In this document: piece after piece, positions 49,396 through 58,784 of the stretch
How positions within the stretch are numbered: the stretch's first letter is position 1
Layout: each line of letters starts with the position of its first letter
Assembly (NCBI GenBank): GCA_963751795.1
Contig: CAVVVI010000003.1
Coordinates: 79,286 to 143,285, forward strand
DNA length: 64,000 nucleotides
Reading direction: 5' to 3'
Source: an uncultured Alphaproteobacteria bacterium
Lineage (GTDB): Bacteria > Pseudomonadota > Alphaproteobacteria > Acetobacterales > Acetobacteraceae
The notes under the pieces: generated by a model
Database searches by the model: none
The model's input: the letters and a program-made list of their open reading frames with translations, nothing else
Told to the model about the DNA's origin: nothing
Made by a program: the position numbers and the translations under genes

Positions 49396-50472
49396 GTGCC
49401 CCGGCCGGGGGCGGGCGGCCGGGGTTGGCTGGCGGTGGCTGCGGTGGCGGTGCCTGCGTTGGCAGGCTGGGCGGGGCCGGCCTGCGCGGCTGAGCTGCCG
49501 ATCGATATCGTGGTGGCGCAGGCCGGGGCGGAGTCGGGCATCCGCACGCATCTGTTCACGCGCTGGGTGCCGGGCGGGATGGCGGTGGCCGGGGTGGCGG
49601 GGCGGATCGGGCTGCGCGGCAATGCGCCGGGGTTCGACGAGGCGCTGGTGGAGGTGGGCGTGGCGGCGGGCGACCGCGCCGGCTGCCTGCGGCGCGACGG
49701 GGCGGCGGTAGACGCGGTGCCGGTGCTGGACCGGTTGTGGGCGGGTATTCTGAAGAGCGATGGCGCGCCGGCCGGGTTGACGGTGGATGTGCGGCTGCCG
49801 GTGGCGGCTGCGGTTCCGGTGGGTGGCGGGTGCCTGACGACCGTGGTGAGCGCGGGTTACGCGTTCCTGCGGCGGGATGCGGCGCTGTATGCCAGCGCCT
49901 CGGCGCGGCTGGTGGCGCGGCTGGTGCCGGGCGGGGCGGCGGTGCAGGGGTTTGGGATTGGCGGCGAGGCGCGGCTGGCGACGGGCGGCGCGGTGCCGAT
50001 GGCGACCTACGTTGGCCTGCGGGCCAAGCGGGCGCTGGTGGTGGATGGGTTGGCGGCTTCGGTGAGTGCTGCCGCGGTGGCGGGTGCGCCGGCAGGTTCG
50101 GGGTGGGTTGTGCCGGCGGGGGCTTGGCGGGTGGAAACGATTTTTGCCTGGATGCCGGCGGAGGCGTGCCGGGTGGCGCATTTTGCGGGCCATGCGGCGG
50201 GGGCGGATTTCGACGTGCTGCGCGGGCCGGGGCCGGTGGCGATGGTGCCGCCGGCGGCCGGCGTGATGCTGCGGCTGGATACGGCGGGGCGCGGCGGCGA
50301 GGCGGCGCAGGGCGGGGGTTTTGCGGGCGCCGGCGATGCGGGGTGGCACGGGCGGCTGGAGGCGGGCGCGTGCCTGGTGGCGTGGCAGAGCGTGCCGGCG
50401 GGTGGGGCTGCGGGGACGCTGGATGTGGAGAACCAGTCCACGCTGTATTTGCGGGTGGCGCCCGGGGGGTGA
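49396..50472 (+). CDS. hypothetical secreted protein
   Basis: Signal-like sequence WLAVAAVAVPALAGWAGPACA. Ala/Gly/Val-rich. Start guessed at GTG 49396, after the glyA stop. Confidence 0.4.
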   Translation: MPRPGAGGRGWLAVAAVAVPALAGWAGPACAAELPIDIVVAQAGAESGIRTHLFTRWVPGGMAVAGVAGRIGLRGNAPGFDEALVEVGVAAGDRAGCLRRDGAAVDAVPVLDRLWAGILKSDGAPAGLTVDVRLPVAAAVPVGGGCLTTVVSAGYAFLRRDAALYASASARLVARLVPGGAAVQGFGIGGEARLATGGAVPMATYVGLRAKRALVVDGLAASVSAAAVAGAPAGSGWVVPAGAWRVETIFAWMPAEACRVAHFAGHAAGADFDVLRGPGPVAMVPPAAGVMLRLDTAGRGGEAAQGGGFAGAGDAGWHGRLEAGACLVAWQSVPAGGAAGTLDVENQSTLYLRVAPGG

Positions 50473-50497
50473 GAGGTCGTCGGCGGCGAGCGTTGGC

Positions 50498-50848
50498 TTA
50501 TTGGGGGCGGCGCAGGGCGGTGCGCAGGCTGAAGGCGAGCAGGCCGGCGGCGATGAGGATGAAGACCAGCGGGCGCGGATCGAGCAGGTTGCCGATCAGG
50601 ATGCCGAAGGCGGCCGAGACGGCGAGCCAGGCGGCGGTGCCGGCGGCGGTGAGCCAGGCGAGGGTGCGGTCATTGGGGCGGGCGGCGCGGAGCAGGTTGA
50701 GCGCGGCGAGCAGCAGCGCGAGCAGGCTGCCGCAGAGCGCCCAGAGGAGCGTGAGGGGCTCGTGGCCGTAGGCTTCCAGCGAGCCGGCGGTGTGGCCGGC
50801 GGCGCCTAGGGCCAGGAGGCCGGCGAGCAGGCGGTCGAGGAAGCGCAT
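50498..50848 (-). CDS. small integral membrane protein
   Basis: [19 protein letters not shown]... with four hydrophobic spans. Start set to ATG 50848. Confidence 0.5.
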   Translation of the reverse strand: MRFLDRLLAGLLALGAAGHTAGSLEAYGHEPLTLLWALCGSLLALLLAALNLLRAARPNDRTLAWLTAAGTAAWLAVSAAFGILIGNLLDPRPLVFILIAAGLLAFSLRTALRRPQ

Positions 50849-50946
50849 GGGGCGATGATAGCGCGGCGGGGGCGGCGGGGAAGATTTTCCGGCGGCGGTG
50901 GCGAAAAAAGCAGGCCATCGGCGCGGGCCGCGACTATCTAGCGTGG

Positions 50947-51411
50947 ATGCGCTGTCCATTCTGCGGCCACGACGATACCCAGGTGAAGGATAGCCGCCCG
51001 GCCGAGGAGGGTGGGGCCATCCGGCGGCGGCGGTTCTGCGCCAGTTGCAGCCAGCGTTTCACCACGGTGGAGCGGGTGCAGCTGCGCGATCTGTTCGTGG
51101 TGAAGGCGGATGGGCGGCGGGTCGGGTTCGACCGCGAGAAGCTGGGCCGCTCGATCACCATCGCGCTGCGCAAGCGGCCGGTGGAGGAGGACCGGATCGA
51201 GCGGGTGGTGAGCTCGATCGTGCGGCAGCTGGAGGCGAGCGGGGAGACCGATATCCCGAGCAAGCAGATCGGCGAGCTGGTGATGGATACGCTGAAGGCG
51301 ATCGACGAGGTGGCCTACGTGCGCTTTGCCAGCGTGTACCGGGATTTTCGCGAGGCGCGGGATTTCCAGTCGTTCCTGGGATCGCTCGAGGATCCGGCGG
51401 CGGCGGGATGA
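50947..51411 (+). CDS. nrdR: transcriptional repressor NrdR
   Basis: [46 protein letters not shown] (zinc ribbon) followed by an ATP-cone. Confidence 0.93.
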   Translation: MRCPFCGHDDTQVKDSRPAEEGGAIRRRRFCASCSQRFTTVERVQLRDLFVVKADGRRVGFDREKLGRSITIALRKRPVEEDRIERVVSSIVRQLEASGETDIPSKQIGELVMDTLKAIDEVAYVRFASVYRDFREARDFQSFLGSLEDPAAAG

Positions 51412-52554
51412 GCGACCTGGTGCATATGCGGGCGGCGCTGGCGCTGGGGGCGCGCGGGCTGGGGGCGACGTGGCCGAACCCCTCGGTGGGGTGCGTGGTG
51501 GTGGCCGCCGACGGGCGTGTGGTGGGGCGCGGGCGGACCGGGCTGCGCGGGCGGCCGCATGCCGAGACGCAGGCGCTGGCCATGGCCGGCGCGGCGGCGC
51601 GCGGCGGCACCGCTTACGTGACGCTGGAGCCGTGCAGCCATCATGGGGCGACGCCGCCTTGCGCGGACGCGCTGGTGGCCGCCGGTGTGGCGCGCGTGGT
51701 GGTGGCGGCGGGCGACCCCGACCCGCGGGTGGATGGCGCCGGGCTGGCGCGGCTGCGGGCGGCGGGCGTGGCGGTGGAGGCGGGGTTGTGCGCCGCCGAG
51801 GCGGCCGAGACGCTGGCCGGGTTCTTCATGCGCGTGCGCCAGGGGCGGCCGCTGGTGACGCTGAAGCTGGCGACCACGCTGGACGGGCGGATCGCCACGC
51901 GCACCGGGGAGAGCCGGTGGATTACCGGGGCCGAGGCGCGGCGCGCCGGCCATGCGCTGCGCGGGCAGCATGATGCGGTGATGGTGGGGGCCGATACGCT
52001 GCTGGCGGACGATCCCGGAGCTGACCTGCCGGATCGAGGGCTATGCGCACCGGCCGGTGGTGCGGGTGGTGGCCGACAGCCGGCTGCGCACGCCGCTGAC
52101 GGCGGCCATCGTGCGCAGCGCCTACCAGGTGCCGAGCTGGATTCTGTATCACACCGACAGCCTGCCCGAGGGCACCGATCCGGCGGCGTTCCAGCCGGGC
52201 GAGATCATCCCCTCGCGCGCGCAGAAGCTGGCCGAGGCGGGGGCGCGCTGCGTGCTGGTGCCGGCGGGCGAGGGCGGGATCGACCTGCCGCAGGCGCTGC
52301 GGGCGCTGGGCACGCGGGGGCTGACGCGGGTGCTGGCCGAGGGCGGGGCCGGGCTTGCGGCATCGCTGCTGCGCGCCGATCTGGTGGACCGGATCGTGTG
52401 GTTCCATGCGCCGGCGGCCATGGGCGGCGACGGGCTGGCGGCGCTGGGGCCGCTGGGCGTGAGCGCGCTGGGGGCGATGCCGCGGTTCGTGCGCCTGGGC
52501 GCGCCGGTGGCGCTGGGCAGCGATGTGATGAGCGTGTTTGCGAGGGCGGGCTGA
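51408..52554 (+). pseudogene. ribD: bifunctional riboflavin biosynthesis deaminase/reductase RibD, apparent 1-nt insertion
   Basis: The deaminase domain (HAETQAL...EPCSHHGATPPC) and ...GADTLLADDP are in one frame. ELTCRIEGYAHRPVVRVVADSRLR... is in the +1 frame. The extra G lies at GG 52016-17. Confidence 0.9.
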
Positions 52555-53163
52555 ATGTTTACGGGCATCATCACCGGGCTGGGCGAGGTGCGCAGCGTGG
52601 CGCAGGCCGGCGCGGGGCAGGACATGCGCGCGGTAGTGGGCACGCCGGCGGGCTTTCTGGCCGCGCATGGGGGCACCGCGCTGGGTGCCAGCATCGCGTG
52701 CTCCGGCTGCTGCCTGACGGTGACGGCGTTGGGCGAGGACTGGTTTGCGGTGGACGTTTCCGGCGAGAGCGTGGCGCGGACGACGCTGGGCGGCTGGACG
52801 GTGGGCACGCGCATCAACCTGGAGCGCGCGTTGCGGCTGGGCGACGAGCTGGGCGGGCACATGGTGAGCGGGCATGTGGACGGGGTGGGCGCGGTGGTGG
52901 CCGTGGCGCGCGAGGAGGGCTCGCTGCGGCTGGATCTGCGCGTGCCGGCGCCGCTGCACCGCTACATCGCGCCCAAGGGCTCGGTGACGGTGGACGGGGT
53001 TTCGCTGACGGTGAACGCGGTGGACGGGGCGCAATTCGGGGTGAACATCATTCCGCACACGGCCGAGCAGACGACGCTGGGGCTGCGGCGGGCGGGCGAC
53101 GCGGTGCATATCGAGATCGACATGCTGGCCCGCTACGTGGCGCGCCTGGCCGAGACCGCGTGA
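52555..53163 (+). CDS. ribE: riboflavin synthase (alpha chain)
   Basis: MFTGIITGLGEV...SIACSGCCLTV...GGHMVSGHVDG...VSLTVN. Confidence 0.92.
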   Translation: MFTGIITGLGEVRSVAQAGAGQDMRAVVGTPAGFLAAHGGTALGASIACSGCCLTVTALGEDWFAVDVSGESVARTTLGGWTVGTRINLERALRLGDELGGHMVSGHVDGVGAVVAVAREEGSLRLDLRVPAPLHRYIAPKGSVTVDGVSLTVNAVDGAQFGVNIIPHTAEQTTLGLRRAGDAVHIEIDMLARYVARLAETA

Positions 53164-53194
53164 GCGATTTTCCTTTTTGCCGGGACGGGGCTGC

Positions 53195-54325
53195 ATGAAC
53201 ACGGACACGCTGACGCGGGGCGCGCTGCATGACGCGATCAGCGGCACCGACGCGCTGATTGCCGAGGCGCAGGCGGGGCGGATGTTCATCCTGGTGGATG
53301 ACGAGGACCGCGAGAACGAGGGCGACCTGATCATTCCGGCGCAGTTCGCGACGCCGCAGGCGCTGGCCTTCATGATGCGCCATGCGCGCGGGCTGATCTG
53401 CCTGTCGTTGCCGCCGACGCAGGTGGAGCGGCTGGAGCTGCCGATGATGGCGGTGGCCAACCAGCAGCGCCATCAGACGGCGTTCACCGTGAGCATCGAG
53501 GCGCGTGACGGCATCACCACCGGGGTATCGGCGCGCGACCGGGCGCATACCATTGCCGTGGCGATCGATCCGCGCAGCGGGCCGCGCGACCTGGTCTCGC
53601 CAGGGCATGTGTTTCCGCTGGCGGCGCGGCCGGGGGGCACGCTGGTGCGGGCGGGGCATACCGAGGCGGCGGTGGATATCGCGCGCATGGCCGGGCTGAT
53701 CCCGGCCGGGGTGATCTGCGAGATCATGAACGCGGACGGCACGATGGCGCGGCTGCCCGATCTGGTGGGGTATGCGCAGTTTCATGGGCTGAAGCTGGGC
53801 ACGATCGCCGACCTGATCGCGGCGCGGCGGGCGAGCGAGAAGCTGGTGCGCCGCGTGCACGAGACGCAGACGGCGGCGCTGGATACCGGGCCGTGGCAGG
53901 TGATCTTCTACACCAGCACGCTGAACCAGGCCGAGCACGTGGTGATGGTGAAGGGCGACCTGGCGCAGCCGGGGCCGGTGCTGGTGCGCATGCAGGCGAT
54001 CGACCCGATCCAGATTTTGCCCGGCGGGCGGACCAACAAGCTGATGCACGAGGCGATGCGGATGATCGAGGCCGAGGGGCGCGGCGTGGTGGTGATGCTG
54101 CATGACGGGCAGAGCGGCAGCCTGCTGGAGATGGTGACCGGGCGGCGGCCGCGCACCGGCGCGCAGGAGAGCATCCTGCGCGATTACGGCATCGGGGCGC
54201 AGATACTGGCCGATCTGGGCGTGCGCGAGATGGAGCTGCTGAGCAACACGGACCGCACGATTGCCGGCATCGAGGGTTACGGCCTGCGCATGGTGGGGCG
54301 CCGCGGCATCGGGTTGCCGGCGTGA
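53195..54325 (+). CDS. ribB: 3,4-dihydroxy-2-butanone-4-phosphate synthase fused to a Cys-less GTP-cyclohydrolase-II-like domain (RibBX type)
   Basis: FILVDDEDRENEGDLIIPA...VRAGHTEAAVDIARMAGL. The C-terminal ~170 aa contain no Cys and no HSECLTGD motif. Confidence 0.85.
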   Translation: MNTDTLTRGALHDAISGTDALIAEAQAGRMFILVDDEDRENEGDLIIPAQFATPQALAFMMRHARGLICLSLPPTQVERLELPMMAVANQQRHQTAFTVSIEARDGITTGVSARDRAHTIAVAIDPRSGPRDLVSPGHVFPLAARPGGTLVRAGHTEAAVDIARMAGLIPAGVICEIMNADGTMARLPDLVGYAQFHGLKLGTIADLIAARRASEKLVRRVHETQTAALDTGPWQVIFYTSTLNQAEHVVMVKGDLAQPGPVLVRMQAIDPIQILPGGRTNKLMHEAMRMIEAEGRGVVVMLHDGQSGSLLEMVTGRRPRTGAQESILRDYGIGAQILADLGVREMELLSNTDRTIAGIEGYGLRMVGRRGIGLPA

Positions 54326-54804
54326 GCACGGCGGACGCGAGCCTGCCGGCGGCCCCCGCGGTGCCCGGGCCGCCGGCGCGGCTGCTGGTGGTGCGCGCGC
54401 CGTATTACCGCGCGGTGATCGACGGCATGACCGACGGCGCGCTGCGCATCCTGCGCGATGCCGGGGCCAGCCATGAGGTTCTGGACGTGGCCGGCGCGTT
54501 CGAGCTGCCGCAGGCGATCCGCATTGCGCTGCGCGGGCCGCAGAACTGGGACGGGTTCGTAGCGCTGGGCTGCATCGTGCGCGGTGGCACCGACCATTAC
54601 GATTACATCTGCCGCGAGACGATGGCCGGGCTGATGGCGGTGGCGCTGCAGTTCGGCGTGGCACTGGGCAGCGGCGTGCTGACGGTGCACTCGATCGAGC
54701 AGGCGATGGCGCGCAGCGGGGCCGACGGGCATAACAAGGGCGCCGAGGCGGCGGCGGCGGCGTTGCTGCAGGTGGCCGCCATGCGGCGTTTGGGAGCGGG
54801 TTGA
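54322..54804 (+). CDS. ribH: 6,7-dimethyl-8-ribityllumazine synthase
   Basis: ...VAGAFELPQAI...ALGCIVRGGTDHYDYICRE...NKGAEAA. GTGA overlap with ribB. Confidence 0.9.
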   Translation: MSTADASLPAAPAVPGPPARLLVVRAPYYRAVIDGMTDGALRILRDAGASHEVLDVAGAFELPQAIRIALRGPQNWDGFVALGCIVRGGTDHYDYICRETMAGLMAVALQFGVALGSGVLTVHSIEQAMARSGADGHNKGAEAAAAALLQVAAMRRLGAG

Positions 54805-55322
54805 TGGGCAAGGCACCGGCGGCGCCGGCGGCGGGCAAGGACGCGGCGATGCGGCGGCCGCGGACGGCGGCGCGCGTGGGCGCGGTGCAGGCGCTGTTTC
54901 AGGCCGAGCAGGGGGGCGAGAACTCCGAGACGGTGATCGACCAGTTCGTGCGCCACCGGCTGGGCGAGTTGCCGGGCACCGGCGGCTTCGAGGAGGGGCG
55001 CGTGCCGGACGCGCATGTGAAGCTGTTCGGGCGGATCGTGCGGGTGGCGGTGGAAAAGCAGGACCAGATCGACGGGCTGGTGGCCGGCGTGCTGCCCGAG
55101 GACTGGCCGCTGGGGCGGCTGGACCCGGTGTTGCGCGCGCTGCTGCGGGCGGCTGGCGCCGAGCTGGTGATGCGGGACGGGCCGCCGGTGGCGGTGGTGA
55201 TCAACGAGTACATGGACGTGGCGCACGGGTTTTTTCATGGCGACGAGCCGAAGATGGCCAACGGGCTGATGGATGCGCTGGCGCATGTGTTGCGGCCTCG
55301 GGAGTTTGAGAGCCGGCAGTGA
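54804..55322 (+). CDS. nusB: transcription antitermination factor NusB
   Basis: RTAARVGAVQALFQAE...LDPVLRALLRAAGAEL...INEYMDVAHGFF. Confidence 0.9.
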   Translation: MGKAPAAPAAGKDAAMRRPRTAARVGAVQALFQAEQGGENSETVIDQFVRHRLGELPGTGGFEEGRVPDAHVKLFGRIVRVAVEKQDQIDGLVAGVLPEDWPLGRLDPVLRALLRAAGAELVMRDGPPVAVVINEYMDVAHGFFHGDEPKMANGLMDALAHVLRPREFESRQ

Positions 55323-55325
55323 CGG

Positions 55326-55380
55326 CTGGGGCTCTGCCCCTGGCCCCACTGGGGCCTGGAGGCCCCAGACCCCCGTCTTT
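55326..55380. repeat. REP family 1, degenerate partial copy between nusB and thiL
   Basis: CTGGGGCTCTGCCCCTGG and CTGGGGCC-tgga-GGCCCCAG hairpins. Confidence 0.7.
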
Positions 55381-55384
55381 GGCG

Positions 55385-56320
55385 TTGCCGGGTGAGTTTT
55401 CTCGGATTGCGGCTTTTGCCGGTTTGGCGGCGCCGGGGGCGCTGGGCTTGGGCGATGATGCTGCGGTGTTTGCTCCGCCTGCAGGGCGGGAGCTGGTGGT
55501 TTCCGCCGACGCCATCGTGGCGGGCGTGCATTTTCTGGCGGACGATCCGCCGGAGCTGGTGGCGCGCAAGCTGCTGCGGGTGAATCTGTCGGACCTGGCG
55601 GCGATGGGCGCGGTGCCGCTGCATTATCTGCTGACCGTGTCGGTGCCGCGCGCCACGCCGGCCGCCTGGTTTGCCGCGTTTGCGGCGGGGTTGGCGCTGG
55701 ACCAGGCCGCGTTCGGCATTTCGCTGCTGGGCGGCGACACGACCAGCACGCCCGGGCCGATTTCGCTCTCAGCCACCGTGATCGGGCATGTGGCGCCTGG
55801 GCGGGCGCTGCGCCGGGTGGGTGCGCAGGCGGGCGACGGGCTGTGGGTGACGGGGACGGTCGGGGACGCGGCGCTGGGGCTGCTGGCGCTGCGCGACGGG
55901 TTGGCCGACCCGGGCGGCGTGCTGGCCGGGCGTTACCGCTTGCCCGAGCCGCGGCTTGGGCTGGCGTTGGCCGGGGTGGCTTCGGCGGCGATGGATGTGT
56001 CCGACGGGCTGGTGCAGGATTGTGGGCATCTGGCGCGGGCGGCGGGGTTGGGCGTGGTGATCGAGGCGGCGCTGGTGCCGTTATCGCCGGCGGCGCGGGC
56101 GGCGGGGCGGCTGGAAGTGTGCCTGACGGGTGGGGACGATTACGAGCTGTTGCTGGCGGTGCCCGAAGCGCGGGCGGCGGCGTTGCGGGCGGCGTGCGCG
56201 GCGGGCGGGGTGGCGGTGACGCGGATTGGGGGGTTTGCCGCGGGACCGCCGGAGGTGCGGGTGGTGGATGCGGCGGGGCGGCCGGTGGTGCTGGGTGAGC
56301 AGGGGTGGAGCCATTTTTGA
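55385..56320 (+). CDS. thiL: thiamine-monophosphate kinase
   Basis: GEFSRIAAF...GDDAAV...VVSADAIVAGVHF...NLSDLAAMGA...GGDTTS...DVSDGL. TTG 55385 is preferred because the codons from 55319 read through the REP copy. Confidence 0.85.
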   Translation: MPGEFSRIAAFAGLAAPGALGLGDDAAVFAPPAGRELVVSADAIVAGVHFLADDPPELVARKLLRVNLSDLAAMGAVPLHYLLTVSVPRATPAAWFAAFAAGLALDQAAFGISLLGGDTTSTPGPISLSATVIGHVAPGRALRRVGAQAGDGLWVTGTVGDAALGLLALRDGLADPGGVLAGRYRLPEPRLGLALAGVASAAMDVSDGLVQDCGHLARAAGLGVVIEAALVPLSPAARAAGRLEVCLTGGDDYELLLAVPEARAAALRAACAAGGVAVTRIGGFAAGPPEVRVVDAAGRPVVLGEQGWSHF

Positions 56321-56667
56321 GTGGTGGCGGCGAGGACGGGCGCGCGCCGAGCGAGAGTCTGCCGTGAGCGTGTGTGAGGAATTGGCGCGCGCGCCGCGTG
56401 CGGAGCTGTGAGGAGAGCAGGTACGCCGGTGCGGGCGATTAGGTGCCGAGGGGCCGCCGTAGCGCGGGGCTGATCGGTTGTGTTTGGCTCGCAACCCCAC
56501 TGATAGTAGTTAGCTTTGTAGAGCGCTCTGCCGTAGGCGGTGACTTGCGAGGTCGGCGCTAATCTTCGGGCTGAGCGGTTCGTTGCGCCGGCTTACCTTG
56601 CGGGAGTTGGTCGATTTGTGAGCGGCAAGCCTTGGCTGGCCGCAGCCAATTTGCTGCGGAGGAACAG

Positions 56668-57150
56668 GTGAAGCTTACATTCACTAAGCGGGCCGGCAAA
56701 TTCGATGATCTGCAGATTGACCGCGATGACGGTTCCGGGGAGGCGATTCGGTGCCCGAAGCAGGGCATCATTCCTCATGACATGGTTCACTACGCCGTGG
56801 AGAAAGTCATTACCGGCAAAGGCTTTTTGGCAAAGCTGTCGGACGGCGAGACAGCGCAGCCTCGTAGTAGTCCTGAGGCTGATTCCGAAGCGATCGAGCG
56901 CCTGGTCGAGATTGTACAGGCGGAACTCTGGTCGGGCAGAGTGCCTTCCGAGGATGCCATCGCGTTGTATCAGTTAGCTTGTCACGCCCGGTCACATGCA
57001 TCCTTTCCTGTGTCAGAAGAAGACCTTCAGCTCATTCGACACGAAATCGATGCGCTTACCGCTGAGTGGGGAGCGCTGCCCGTGCAAGGCTCGCTCGTTC
57101 TCTCGCTGGGCAACGCTGCCCAACCCAACACAATATCGACAACGATATAA
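56668..57150 (+). CDS. hypothetical protein (AT-rich islet)
   Basis: RBS GGAGGAA sits 6 nt before GTG 56668. VKLTFTKRAGKFDDLQIDRDDGSGEAIRCPKQGIIPHDMVHYAVEKV... No family recognised. Confidence 0.5.
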   Translation: MKLTFTKRAGKFDDLQIDRDDGSGEAIRCPKQGIIPHDMVHYAVEKVITGKGFLAKLSDGETAQPRSSPEADSEAIERLVEIVQAELWSGRVPSEDAIALYQLACHARSHASFPVSEEDLQLIRHEIDALTAEWGALPVQGSLVLSLGNAAQPNTISTTI

Positions 57151-57189
57151 CCGGCCACTCACGCCCGTCCGGATTGACCCGCGACAGCA

Positions 57190-57245
57190 CAAGCAAAAGC
57201 TTTTTGCTTCTTTTTCTCGAAAAAGAAGGCCTTCTCTTCCTATCG
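57190..57245. terminator. A/T-rich hairpin repeat (family 2, copy c) between convergent genes
   Basis: CTTCTTTTTC-tc-GAAAAAGAAG (57207..57228). Flank GCGACAGCACAAGCAAAAGCTTTTTGC. Confidence 0.5.
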
Positions 57246-57258
57246 GCGAACCAGCCGG

Positions 57259-57891
57259 TCAGCCAGGCCGGCGCATGTCGAAGCGGTTGTCGGGGTGGAT
57301 TTCGGCGTAGGCGGTGGGGCCGCCGGCGCGTTGGATGATGTGGGCGCCGAAGGTGTCGAACAGGCCGTCGATCAGCAGGGATTGCTCGATGTGGACGCCG
57401 ACGACTTCGCCCAGCACCAGCCAGCTTTGGGCAGGGTCGCCTTGCCAGCCGCGGAGTTGGACGATGTCGGTGACGCGGCATTCGAAGTGGACGGGGCTTT
57501 CGGCGACGCGCGGGACGTTGATGAGGCGGGCGGGGGTTTGGGTGAGGCCGCCGAGTTCGAATTCGTTGGTGCCGTAGGGGACTGGGGCGCAGCTGGCGTT
57601 CATCTGTTCGGCGAGTGCGCGGGTGGCGAGGTTCCAGACGAAGACACGGGTTTCCTGCACGTTGCGCAGCGTGTCCTTGGCGCCGACGCTGGCGAAGCCG
57701 ATGATGGGCGGGTGGTAGTTGAAGGCGTTGAAGAAGCTGTAGGGTGCCAGGTTGACCGAGCCGTCCGCGCCGCGTGAGGAAATCCAGCCGATCGGGCGGG
57801 GGCCGATGATGGCGTTGAACGGGTCGTGTTTGAGGCCGTGGCCCTGGGCGGGTTCGTAGAAATGCGGCTCGGCGGCTGGGGCAGGGGTCAT
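57259..57891 (-). CDS. flavin reductase family protein (FMN-binding split barrel)
   Basis: ...[29 protein letters not shown]...PPIIGFAS... Confidence 0.82.
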   Translation of the reverse strand: MTPAPAAEPHFYEPAQGHGLKHDPFNAIIGPRPIGWISSRGADGSVNLAPYSFFNAFNYHPPIIGFASVGAKDTLRNVQETRVFVWNLATRALAEQMNASCAPVPYGTNEFELGGLTQTPARLINVPRVAESPVHFECRVTDIVQLRGWQGDPAQSWLVLGEVVGVHIEQSLLIDGLFDTFGAHIIQRAGGPTAYAEIHPDNRFDMRRPG

Positions 57892-57901
57892 TGCGCGGAG
57901 G

Positions 57902-58643
57902 TTAATACTTGCGCAGCAGAGCCACCAGCCGGCCCTGGATCTTCACGCGGTCGGGCGGGAGCAGGCGGGTTTCGTGTTTGGCATTGGCGGGTTCCAGCGC
58001 GATGGAGGCGCCGCGTTTGCGGATGCGTTTGAGGGTGACTTCGTTGTCGTCGATCAGGGCGACGATGATCTGGCCGGTTTCGGCCACCTCGCCTTTGCGG
58101 ATGATGACGGTATCGCCGTCCAGGATGCCGGCTTCGATCATCGAAGTCGCCGGCGACTTCGAGGGCGAAGTGGTCGCCTTGGCCGAGCATGGCCATGGGC
58201 ACTTCGATCTGGACGCCTTCGTCGCGCAGCGCCTCGATCGGCAGGCCGGCGGCGATGCGGCCGTAGAGCGGCAGGGATATGGCGGCGGCTTCCGGTGCGG
58301 CGCGCACGCCGGGCAGGCGGGCGGTGAAATCGCCGCGGATGACGTTGGGGCGGAAGCCGGGGGCGGGCAGCGGCAGGGCGGCCGGGCGGGTCGCCTCACG
58401 CGGGGCGCCGGCGGCCTGGTGGGCCATGTTTTCCGGCAGGCGGACGATTTCGAGCGCGCGGGCGCGGTGATGGTGGCGGCGCAGAAAGCCGCGTTCCTCC
58501 AGCGCCGAGATCAGGCGGTGGATGCCGGATTTGGAGCGGAGCGAGAGCGCGTCCTTCATCTCCTCGAAGCTCGGCGAGACGCCGCTATCCTTGAGGTGGC
58601 TGTCGATGAAGCTGAGCAATTCGTGCTGCTTGCGGGTCAGCAT
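57902..58643 (-). pseudogene. lexA: SOS repressor LexA, apparent 1-nt insertion
   Basis: [33 protein letters not shown]...[20 protein letters not shown]...HFALEVAGD is in one frame. [19 protein letters not shown]...VTLKRIRK... is in the next. The extra A lies at AA 58144-45. Confidence 0.9.
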
Positions 58644-58691
58644 GGTGGGCCTCGCAGTCTTCGGTCCGCCTTAGGTTGCCGCAGGCGGAGT

Positions 58692-58706
58692 GAACAAACC
58701 GGCAAC
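58692..58706 (-). promoter_or_regulatory. imperfect SOS box (GAAC-N7-CAAC on the plus strand)
   Basis: GAACaaaccggCAAC, about 50 nt upstream of the lexA start. Confidence 0.4.
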
Positions 58707-58715
58707 TCCAAGGAC

Positions 58716-58730
58716 GTTCTAATTTAGTTC
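58716..58730 (-). promoter_or_regulatory. alphaproteobacterial SOS box GTTC-N7-GTTC upstream of lexA
   Basis: GTTCtaatttaGTTC is a perfect match to the direct-repeat LexA operator known from Rhodobacter and Rhizobium. It lies in the only AT-rich patch of the lexA upstream region. Confidence 0.7.
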
Positions 58731-58784
58731 CTGAGACTCCGTCAATAAGCCAATGATGAATCGGCGATTGTATGCAGGTGGGCC

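Noticed and set aside
51045-53198. 717-aa plus-strand ORF
   Set aside because: It is a chimera. It starts out of frame with nrdR, then covers the true ribD N-terminus, then reads out of frame through the rest of ribD and ribE.
56470-56580. tRNA-like string TAGCTTTGTAGAGCGC
   Set aside because: No acceptor stem. The D-loop would be only 4 nt, and there is no complementary anticodon or T arm.
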